From Klebsormidium nitens (taxonomy: Eukaryota > Plantae > Klebsormidiophyceae): 64,000 bases of DNA. A model generated the notes under the pieces. It was not told the DNA's origin. It did not search any database and saw nothing but the letters and a program-made list of their open reading frames with translations. The stretch covers positions 1-64,000 of the forward strand of contig DF237323.1 in assembly GCA_000708835.1 (NCBI GenBank), written 5' to 3'. Below are positions 43,717-54,002 of the stretch, one piece after another (within the stretch, counting starts at the first letter, position 1; each line of letters starts with the position of its first letter). The position numbers and the translations under genes are program-made.

Positions 43717-45550
43717 CACTTTATTTCGCTCTTGGTGCGAGGAGAATTTGTTCAGTTGCTGCAGGCCTATTGCATTGGCCGTTTGCCCCTCTTGTTTTGA
43801 CGACTTATCCTTGGACGAATGTGGGCCAGACTCTCAATCGGATTAGAATCCCGAGGATCAACCTAGCCCTAGTATAAACGAGCCGCATTAATACTGTTGC
43901 ACAATACATATCGTTCCTTCAACATTGTAAGAGGCTGCTCTTACAACGATCAAAAGTGCATTCCTTCTGGAGACAATTTTGTCAGTTCGCGCTGGCGTGG
44001 CTGCTCAATTGTTGCTTAAAGATGGCGATGATTGAAAAAGCGAGCAAAAGCAGTGGGCACTTTGCAACCCAAGATCGGGCGCAAACTTACCCTAGTCTCG
44101 CTGACGCCTTCTGATTGTTGCGATCTTTTGCTTGCTTCTGATGTGAGGAGTTCGTGGCGCGGAAGGAGTGCCATTTGACATGCAATGCTTTGGCAAAGCG
44201 TTTTATGAATCTGAGTTGACTATTGGCATGTATCTTAGCGAAAGAATAGCGAAAGAACTTATCTTGCAATGCAAGGCGGGAAAGAGGACAAGATTTGATT
44301 TGAGACAATCATGCAAACAACAGATGGCGGCTGATCGAAGTACGTTTGATGGATAGATTTGTGCGTATCGGCGTTGGGGCGGAAACCCGGAACCGTGATC
44401 CAGACCTCCCTTACCGCAAACGTCAAGAATCCTTATTTGGATGTAAGGTGACGACAGCCGTGACGTTTCCCAACCTCTGAATATTGCGTTCGTGCGAGGA
44501 TCCACGAAGGTGTTCCAGGCGTTTTGTGAATTACCTAGAGGTCATCGACCAGATCCCCCGATTTGCACTCACTTGCAGTTTTTTGACTGCCGATTTGTCC
44601 TTGTAGAAAGCGAGTCACTTCGCTACTCCAGATGCGTCGTGACCATCGCATCAAGAAGACGAAAGGGTCTGTGCATAGTCGCATTCTGGATATGACGGAG
44701 CTCGCGCATGTCTGATCAAGACATGAAGGCCGTGGCGACATTCCTGACAACCACGAGCAGCTACGTTTCAAGGTTCTGCGGCTCAACTGGATCATCAGAT
44801 TGTAAGATTAAGCTATGTTTCCTTCCTGGATTTGTCGCCAATTTTTTTGTAACGTATCTGCTGCGACGCTATGTGCTGCAAGTATGTTTAGCTGAGAAGA
44901 TAAATCGGCGTGTGTACACGCCGCCTTTGTCGGCCCCTTTTAGCTCAGCCAAGAAAGCCGGGCAATGTCGTTCCCCAGTCTCACATTGATAAAATCCCCG
45001 GCTTCTTTCCCTGGACCTGTGTCTCCGGACTTGCGTCCCCGGTGTCCGGAAGGACGCGGAGCTAACGAAATACCGGACATGGCCGAGTCCGGGGAGGAGG
45101 CCGGGAAAGGGGCCCTCCCCGGGCTGTGCCCGGCCTTTTCCCCGGCCCCGGGGGAAAGCCAGGTTTTCCCTGTGTTTGATCATACTGTTTCAAATCTGCC
45201 GTTTTGTTCTTTTCTACACATTCGTGACGTAAGTGGTGTAACGTGAGCACCGTTCTGACGGGGCTTTTGTATCTATCGAGCCGGAGCGAAACCACGGCAT
45301 TCCGTCTATTGACGGGTCCAATACCAAAACGGAAGTCCTCCAAGCAGATCAACTCGAAGTTAGTCCTCGAAGTAAACCAACTGTCAAGTGGGAGCTCAAT
45401 GATAACAGCGCTGACGCTAAGTCAAGTTGGGCGTCGTTTGTAAATAGTTTCCGCGAATATATTCACGTTCGTGTTTTGCTTTCAGCCACAATCCCTTGGA
45501 TCGTTGCAAGTACTGTGCACGTCTTGCATGTTATCTACAGCGAAGTAGTC

Positions 45551-45633
45551 AGCGATGATGCAAACCGAATTGAGCCCGGTTTGAACCTTCTATAAAGCTT
45601 GGTTCATTCTTTGACATACTGTGTGCTGATGCT
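45551..45633 (+). ncRNA. Box C/D-like unit (family E)
   Basis: agcg-ATGATGCA...tgCTGA-tgct. Confidence 0.5.
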
Positions 45634-45799
45634 ACAATCATTCTCGCTTGCCTGGTCCGTTTTCGATATTTGTAACCTTAGCATCTGGACCAAGTGCTGG
45701 TTAGCCATCGTCTTTGAACGATTTCCATCTGACATACTAGTAGCGGAAGGTCAAACGGATGCTTGAACATTTTTACCAGCGCCTGATCGATCCTCCTAG

Positions 45800-46034
45800 G
45801 TCGTACGAATTCCATCCTTTCCCGGACGGAAAGCAAGGCGTTCCTAAGTTTTGTGCGCAGTGCATTAATTGCCGGAGTGAGGATGGGGCCGCGACCAATC
45901 ACAATCTGATCTGTAGGAACCGTTGGGTCTTGGCTGATATCGGGGAGGGACTTCGAGACCCTGGAGAGGAGTGGAGAGCCAGGCAATTGCAGGCCGTTCC
46001 GGGTCACCAGAATCTGTACTTGCTCGGGGATTAG
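45800..46034 (+). pseudogene. Isolated 3' fragment of the DUF900-like hydrolase gene family
   Basis: Translates to SEDGAATNHNLICRNRWVLADIGEGLRDPGEEWRA..VPGHQNLYLLGD*, near-identical to the C-termini of the genes ending at 54003 and 60520. No upstream exons are recognisable. Confidence 0.8.
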
Positions 46035-48413
46035 ACAGAGTTGATTTTCAAACAAAAACCGTGAGCGTGTCGTAGGTATGAGAGTGTCAGGCAGTCCGGA
46101 TGCTCTGCAGTTCTGCTGGACATTGGAGTCTGGTAGTCCCGAATCGAAGCATTTTCATGCAGCGACCCGGGCCCAGCTCAGGATTGTGCATTTAAACGAG
46201 GTACATGAGTTGCCTAATTCATGCCAGTTCATCATGTAACAGCTAGCTGATTGAAATGTAATTAGTCTTGTCAGACTAGACTCGAATAGTGGCGCATGAC
46301 CGACCAGTTCCATGCTGGCTGCAAAGTATAATCTCGCCGCTTAGTCGGATGAGCATGTGCAAACACATAGGATCTTTTTGCATGCGTGTATTGGGAGTCA
46401 GTCTGTTTGTGAGAGGGTAAGCTGAAACATGTCATGCAGCGCCTGATCGATCTTGAATGACTACGTGCAGAGCTAGTGTGCTGAATCAGCACCTCGTCAA
46501 TGCTCACGCAGATCAGTTTCAAAGATATTCAACTGAACGTCAGTTCAGCAGCTAGCTGACGATGCAATGGTGTTGAACGTGCACTGTATTGTATGTCCAA
46601 GTTGGTCCCATTGCATCATTGCCAGCCTCTTTGCGACTACGTAGTACTACCTCAGACGTGGTAACGAGTCAAAACTTTCTGCATTGAGTTAAAGTTAAAT
46701 GAATTGCGCCTGTTGATCAATACTAGTAGCCTATAGGTAGTGGAAATACAGTGGGAATGCAGCAGTCGACCATGACAGACCATACGTCGGTGCTCCGGTA
46801 AAATAGGACGGCACGTAAGATCTTATATACATGTATGTCCATTGCAGCAGACAAGCGGCAAACCCTAATCCCGCTTTGATTCCGAGTGCTCAGCGTTACC
46901 TTGTTTCAACCACTCCATTCATGCTTGCCGCCGCACAGATTACAAGCAAGGCAAACGTAACGCAGCGGTTTTCGCAAGGCACGGTTTGAAGGCAAATCTA
47001 GGGTTTGCGGAGCGGAGCGCAACCGCGCTTATAGGAGTTTGCAATCGTAACAGTCTGGCCGGCAGTCGTCATCACCAGGAAAACGCGCATGATGACGATG
47101 ACGCAGCATGATAGCTAGGTAGGTAACGTTATATACTAATAGCTTTCGCACGCCCCTCGTTTTCTTCTTTTTCATGGGGAGTTCTGAGATCGTGGTATCG
47201 TTTTGCCTTATTCTACCATCATTCCATTGAGAACGAGCAGCCTAGCTGGCCATTTGTTCTCGTTCTTTCGGCTCCCCTTATGGATCAGGAACTTAGTCAC
47301 CGGCTAGAGGCAGATTTTTAACTTGGCGAAAGCAAGGAATTAAGGAAAGCAAAACTTTGAAATCCATGTACCACAAATGTTCTGAAGCGAACGAGTTGCC
47401 ATCAGACGGTGGACAACTGGGGTGCTCGGGGCATATCCAATTGTTTCTTCTCCTGAGGATTGATGATCCGTTGGAAGACTCTAGAATAATTACCCAAAAT
47501 TTGTTGAGCTTCTAGATTGCAAATAGATGTTGTGACAATTCATCTCATCCACTAGTTCCGCAGCAGAGCACATAGTATCTTGAAACCAGTTGCCAACCAA
47601 CGGAGCCATTCATTACTGCTCATGATCACAGAAGCAGACGTTGAAGCACAAGCCTTGACAGTTAGTTCAAGCCCTACAGCAACTGTGGAATCAGGTATGC
47701 AGCAATAGATGTTGAATTTCATTTTGTTCAAGCGATTGCTGAGTGGAGGATTCTTAGCTGGGTACTGCCCTAGGAAGTTCAGACTCGCCTCTCCTACCAA
47801 GAATGCAGACAGCTTCTGAACAAACACATTTGTGGACGACGCTTGAATGAGAAAATCTTGTTCAATAAACTTGTGGAGTTCCTGAGACGTGTCTCAGCTT
47901 ACGAAAGAGACTGCTTGTTGTCCCCGTAAGAACTTGATAATGGTGCTACACTTGTGTCCAGATTGTTTCCAGCTAGCCTTTCAACATGTTCTTCTGCAGA
48001 TTGCTGGAGAATGGTCTCCAGTGCGACAAATGAATGAGTGTCTGCACGTCAACTGTACTGCACTCCAAGCTGGTGTTGCCAGATATCCCTTCACAAGCAG
48101 TAGCACCAGTAGTATTGGTCAGCATACCAGCTGCAATCATCCTTCTCGGTAACTTGAACGGTTCTTACTGCAGGTTCATTACATCCTTATACTGAGCTGC
48201 TGCATCACCTTAAAAAAGGCTGTCTTTCTTTTCCTACAGGTATCGAATGTCTGAGGACGCACCACCTTGGCGCGCAAAGACAGCTTGTAGAAAGAGAGAT
48301 AGAGTGCATCACAAATGAGCTCAAGCTCTACGGACAGTAGATACTAGGCTGCTTGGAAGGTGTTGAAGCGTGAGCGCTTTAAATAACCTCCCAAGCGCAT
48401 AGCTTATAGATAG

Positions 48414-51400
48414 ATGCTCGATAGCATCCGGGCCCGCCTAAGGCGGGCCACAGACCGGCGAAGGCAGGCCAGCCGCGCCGAGCAATTGGCCGAGTCCCCT
48501 GATCAGGCATTTCAGGGTTTAGTGGAACCTTCCCATGAGCTCAATCACACCAAGCCCGAGGGCGTTCAGACCAAGCACCAAGTGCCCGAGCTTATTCTCA
48601 ACAGGCCTCAAACGGTGGACCTTGGGAGCTTGCTGCATTCGAAGGGGTTAGATGAGCCGCACATTGCTCCCCCCGGGCTGGTAGAAGCAGATGCGACAAG
48701 GCCAAAATCGAGTCAAGGGGGAATAAGGGCAAGGGTGGAGCGGCGCAAGAGTGGGGGGGATGCGGAGATGTTGGTTTTGGAGGGCAGGAAGGGGGGGGCG
48801 GCGGGGAAGCTCGTGTCAGAGTGGGAAGCAGCAGTTGAGGTGAGTGGCGGGCTTGCCACAATCGCACACTATCATAGTTATCAAGGCCGATGTTCTTGGT
48901 ATCCTCTTGAGCGAGCACATCAGGTCTAGGCAATCGGGAAGTATCAGGCCCTCATATTTTTGGCATCCGCTTATGAGATAGAGCTCCAAACACACGACTT
49001 TGTTTGGAGCTCTAAGGCACTATGAGGCACTAACTTCAAGGCAGCTAAACTTCCTTTTTCCAGAGACATAGTGATATGGGGTTCTCGTCTTGAGGCTGCC
49101 ATGCCAGAGGCAGACGGTGTGGAAGCATCTTTTTGCGTCAAAGTAGAGTCCGAAATCTGGACGCTTTTTGAGCTGGGTCAAGGGGATTTGTTTTTCTGCA
49201 AACCTGACCACGACGCCTGTCAAAAGAGGGTGCATGGCGATGGTTGACCAGGTGCATGACATCACCAGCTGCTGTCGTGTACATAATCTCGACGAAGGTT
49301 GTCCAATCTGACGGTACCCCCTGCATGACCCAGTTGTTAGAGTGAAACCTGAGGGGCTCTTCCGAGCAGGTTTGCTGGCGATTAGTTCCCTTTCTTTCCA
49401 TTCTTTGCGCACAATCAAACATCAAGGGCTCATCCTGCTCTAGCTGACTGGAGCTCATGATCTCGCTTTCCCCTTCGCAGGAGAGCCCTTTGCAAATCAG
49501 CACGATGCCTCTTCGAGAGGCGTTGACCAGCCCCCGCAACCGGCCGACCTCTTCCAAACCATCAGACAGGCGGGCGGAGTCGAGCAAGTCAAAGAAGGAC
49601 ACGTGTCAGCCGCAGGGCGTCCCTGCCAGACAGCCGGTCGACGATTGGGCGAACGATCGGAGAGCAAAGACGAGCCACGGAAGCAGAAGCAAATGTACCG
49701 AGGGAGATGAGTTTACAAATCCGGTCAAAAAGCGGGTTCAATCGGCGCGTCAGGTTAACCGACGGGAGGAGCGGGGTTCCGACGAGGGTCAGGAAAACCG
49801 GGGGCTTAACCCGGAGGCCCCCAGTCCGTACAAGCCCGCGCGCACGGAGAGCCGTCCATCGAGCTCCCAGTCAACGGCCGAGAAGTCGCCCTGGAAACGC
49901 CCAGGAAATTTAAGACGGGCCTCAGTCCTTGCGCCAGCATTCGGAACCACTAACGGATTAGACGGCACGCAAGAAAAGTTCGTAGTCCGGGGAAGGGGCG
50001 GGTTAGAGGAGCGGAAAGAAGGGCGAGTTGCAAAGGGGGGCGTGGCCAAAGCGAAGGAAAAGGTTGGGGGAACGAAAAGAGTAATGAAAGGGGCAACGAA
50101 CGCAGGACGGTCTGGAGCGCAGGATATGGAGTGGCGGGAAAAGACGCCCCAGCTGGTAAGCGGAGATGCTGTGCTGGTGCAGAGTCGGATTTAGCCATAT
50201 AACAATTGGAGTCTACTCATAGGTAAACCGCGTCTGCCCCGAGTCGGTAGGAGGATGCTAAGAAAGAATGTGCCTCGTGGAACTTTGCGTAAGTTAAAAT
50301 GGCGGAGTGAAGTTACCTGCTTCTATGATGCATGAAACCATTGCTTGTTAGAATTTTCCGTGGGCTTATTATGAGCGCGAAGACGCCCATTTGACCCGCA
50401 AACATGATTATACAGATTTCAACAAATCAATAGCAGTCGCCATTCCTCGCCGGTTTCGGACTCCTTTCCAACGTGAGAGCGGACTGGTCGCGTCTCCAAG
50501 CCAGGTCACAATCTCTTTAATTCTCTTGGGGAAGCTCTGTTACCAGCTGGGACGCACTTGATTGTAGTCGGAGCTCATCATGCCCTCGTTAGCAAAACCC
50601 TCGATAAAATTCACCGCTTCGGTTTTTATTTGCGAGACAGCTTCCTTTTTGTGCGCGCAGGCGAAGAACCTGCTGGCGAGCAGTGGTCCCTCGCAAGATC
50701 CCCCGGCCCGCAGCCGCCGAAAGTCCGACGGAGACGAAGCCCCCAAACGGAGAGTTGCGACTCTCGTTTCGAAGCGGAGAGTGTCTCTTGATTCTGCTCC
50801 CAGCCCCAGTACCAGCAGCAGGGGAGTCGCTTCTGAGCCCCAAGGCCCCCCTGGAACCGGAGCTCCGGCCGGGGGGGTATCGGGAAACGCTTCCGCGCGG
50901 TCGAGCGATCCCCCAACTAGGGGAACCGTGGAGGAGAAAGAAAACGCTTCCTCGTCGCCGGCAAGCGGACGTGACGTCAGCTCTGCCACCTTTGATGACG
51001 TCAGCACGAGCGTCTCATCAGGATCTCAAGGGAAAGGTCCAAAGAGCGTGGCGGGGGGCGCTTTCGTTCCGGTCAGCGGAAACCGGAAGAGCAAAGCGGG
51101 GTGCGCCCAGAAGGACGGAGCACGAGACGGCAATTCCTGTGTCTCTGGGCTGAGCGGAACAGCGGAAGCGGCACCAGGCGGAAGATGCGGCGATCAAGCC
51201 GGACTATTGATCGGGAGGGGTTCCAACCGCCCCTCGACGCCGTCTCCCTTCGCAATCGTCAGCAAGAAGGAAGACGACGCAGCACGCAAAGCGGGAACCG
51301 TTGGAGTGGCACGGAGCCTGTTCCGGCCTTCGGATGAGGGCGGAAAGGTCCAAACGGACGAGTCCGGCTCCGGCGACCTGCTGGAATGGATTCAGGCGGA

Positions 51401-52894
51401 CGGCCGGAAGGCCGGAAGCACGGGTTCAGAACGTATCCGCAAATGGGGGGGAGCGGAAGCGGCTGATGGTGCCCCCCCGGAAAGCACCAACTCGAAAAAC
51501 TCGAGAGCTCCCGTTTCCGGAGATACAGCGAAGGGGGCCGACCCCAGTGTGACGTCACCCGAAGTCCCGACGTCCAGACTGCAGATCGGCGAGGCGTCAG
51601 CGGAATCAGGCTCGTCAGCGGAACCAGCAAGACTCACGAGTGACTTCATGCTGACGCACGACGCGCTGACATCGGGACAGCACGCGGAGCGGCGACTCAT
51701 GCAAGAGTGCGCTGCGGTCATGGAGTGGCTGGGCTTCAGCTTGGAAGTGCTGGTGAGAAGAGAACCTCGAAACCCTTCTCATCTCGCGTACGCGGCCGCG
51801 TGTTGCTTTGTTGGGCAGCTCACACACTGGCTAGACTTCAGTACAGCCGCCAGAGAGTGAGAAGTCCCCAAACCTTTTTCTAAGTGCAAGACGCGGCCGC
51901 GAATCGCTTCAAATAGGGAGTCCCTGAAGGCTCATATAGATTAAGCTTGAAAGTGCTGGGAAAAGGTACGACCTCCAAAACCCGGTCCTGCTGGTGACGT
52001 AGCCGCGTGTCGCTTCGTCGGACGTCTTCCCGTTTGCCCGCTTCACTGCACGGGCTGCCGAGCCCAGACTTCGCATTTGCGCAACGCGCCAGCGAGCCGT
52101 CCTGATCAAATCCTTATCAGTTTGCGTCAGCTCCAAACACCCTGGCAACAGCTTTCTCTATAAGTGACCACGATGACCCCTGAGCTGCGGACGGCCGCCT
52201 TTTCCGGGGCATTCTTCTGAGCCGTTTCTGAACCACGCCGGTTGCCAAATTCTACAAGCTGAACTAAAGCGCAAGGTTTCACTGTACTGCCTTAACCTTA
52301 GTGGTCAGATAGCCCATCTACTCTGCTGATTGGCATTCCCAGCACTCATTATATGAGTTCCCTCGAATTTCTTGATTTACAACACTGACTTCCTCCCTTA
52401 TCGATTTGCGAAGTTCATAGTTTGCAAGACAAAAAGTAAGCTTAGGAAAAGTGGTTGCGTATCAGTTCTCCGCCTCCATGTCGGTCCAACTTTGCTTTCT
52501 TCACCCTTGATTTGGGCTAAAGGCAGATTCTTTGAATATACCAAAGAGATGACAACGTCGCTGTCTCAAAGCTTTGATTCCTTTCAGAGGACGGCAGTCG
52601 ACCTTCACCCCGACTTCTTTTCCTTGTTCAGCTTCATTCTGTAGAGCAGAACCATTTACACCTTCTTTTCCCATTCGCTTGCAGCTGGAAGAGATCCTGG
52701 AACCGCCACCGATTACCGCATCCCCGATGCACCGATTGAAGGAGGCGAAGGCGACCGGAAGCCCGAGGACCCTGGCAAAACGGTCGCCGAGAGGCAGCCC
52801 GAAAGGTCCCCCGAGGAGCCCCAGCAGCAGCCCGCGGCTGGGGAAGCACGGCTCTCCGACTAGCAAACTGTCGCCGCTTTGGATCCCCCCTTAA
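48414..52894 (+). CDS. Low-complexity S/G/R/P-rich, largely disordered protein (~828 aa, 4 exons), function unknown
   Basis: join(48414..48923,49481..50155,50661..51752,52685..52894). All phase-0 GT-AG introns with pyrimidine-rich acceptors. Exon 3 could alternatively run to the stop at 51860. Confidence 0.6.
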
Positions 52895-54002
52895 AATATC
52901 GAGCTTCGGTGCATTTAGCAACGGCAATCTGGTGACTTTTTGTTCACAGTATGGCTGTGTTGCCTAGATACGGGTTCCGGGAAGAGGGGGTGGAGTTTGG
53001 GGGTTGCTAGTGGTAACGGGTGCGGAGCGCAAGACGGCCTGGATCAGGGTTTTTAACAGGCGGGTGCTTCAGATTAGAAAAATGCAAGGCTTGAGTGAAG
53101 CCTTGAAGACAGTAGTTACCTTTAAGAACGACGACTCGCGCATCCATGAGTGGATGCAGGGATACTTAGACTGACTGTGTGACGGTTTGTATATGAGCGC
53201 CGCGGAGAATCTCAGATGAGGCCGGTCCAAGCGGGTGCCGGATCAATCTGTTCCCACTTTAGGTTTGAGAGAGAAGTATTTGGTTAACGCAGCGCAGCAC
53301 AGAGATGGGGTGCTTCCATGCGTGAGGCCATGCGAGAATCAGACTGCTAGAAATCGGTGTAAGGACGATAGATCATATGCATCCCTCAGGTACTAAGAAT
53401 CTATAGGATAATATTTCGAGTAATCAGCGGCCGCCTGATCGGCCGACCACTGGCACCATATCATGGTCACTACGGCCGTCTTTTGGTTTCTCTCGCCGGT
53501 CGAGTGTTTTGAATCCTTACGAATGCTCGAATCACCTGAACGAGCTCATTGAGAAGATGCTCATTACGCGTGAGTACCCTCAGAGTGCGAGTCCAAGTCG
53601 CTCAAGTTTGCGAAAACGCATATAAGAAGCCAGCTTAGTACAGCTATATTGGGTTTAAGCATGCAGATGATATCGAGCGGCGACTCAACGGGAATCAAGT
53701 TCCGACGTTGCAAGGAGGGTGAGAGTCGTTCATGCATTATGCAGCTTAAACTTACTACTGGACGCCTATGACTCATTGGTTCAATCGAGTCTCTTTCAAG
53801 TGAGCGGACGCCATCTCAAGTACCTTAGAATATAGCTGGGTCGCCATGCTTGTATTAGAAAGCATCAATCATGCAATGCCGTGCGATAGAACTATTAGTC
53901 CAGCTCAGTCCATCGTACTTCCCCGGACCGCAACCGTTTCACTCTTACAGTTAACACAGCTAAATCTCCGCTGCTAAAAGCTGACAGTTGTATAGTCTGA
54001 GC

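Larger units (their letters stand above)
24181..44108 (+). ncRNA. Family F box C/D-like units (8 copies)
   Basis: Consensus aaggc(g/a)-RTGAT...gtgggcacttcac...gtctcg-CTGA-cgcctt. At 24181-24264, 26065-26149, 28312-28387, 34394-34476, 37997-38079, 41510-41596, 42718-42794, 44024-44108. Confidence 0.45.
22776..44753 (+). ncRNA. Family A box C/D-like units (14 copies)
   Basis: Consensus ctggct-ATGATGG-agcttcgcgcatgt-CTGA-ccaagac-(variable)-gtc-CTGA-cggccag. Starts at ~22776, 23996, 25204, 27322, 29484, 33386, 35471, 36598, 37418, 38951, 41023, 42133, 42958, 44687. Confidence 0.5.
22776..45633 (+). repeat. Decayed tandem macro-array (units ~0.8-2.2 kb) carrying ~35 box C/D snoRNA-like modules
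   Basis: The same ordered modules recur on the + strand, e.g. 26065-27389 aligns with 34394-35543 and 37830-38080 with 42560-42795. No long conserved ORF. Confidence 0.8.
25782..45633 (+). ncRNA. Family E box C/D-like units (5 full copies + 1 partial)
   Basis: Consensus agc(a/g)-RTGATGCA...tg-CTGA-tgct. At 25782-25854, 27947-28032, 34080-34165, 43633-43716, 45551-45633; partial at 41170. Confidence 0.5.

Noticed and set aside
22776-44753. Family A units as CRISPR-like repeats with variable spacers
   Set aside because: Eukaryotic context, no cas genes, copies 0.8-3.9 kb apart and too divergent; the variable part is inside a bipartite unit.
22776-44753. Family A units as protein-coding exons (one frame reads GYDGASRMSDQD...VLTA)
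   Set aside because: Copies carry 1-2 nt indels and first/second-position changes, lack consistent splice sites, and conservation tracks complementary ends rather than codons. Not fully excluded.
33386-44753. Apparent higher-order period (spacings 2.1/1.1/0.8/1.5 then 2.1/1.1/0.8/1.7 kb)
   Set aside because: Module content does not follow that register (the 37418 unit matches the 42133 unit, not 42958), so the spacing match is probably coincidental.
47552-48152. Short ORFs between the telo-box island and the 48414 gene
   Set aside because: No recognisable domain and no consistent exon chain.
50540-51827. Multiple minus-strand ORFs over the low-complexity gene
   Set aside because: Antisense shadows of the plus-strand exon.
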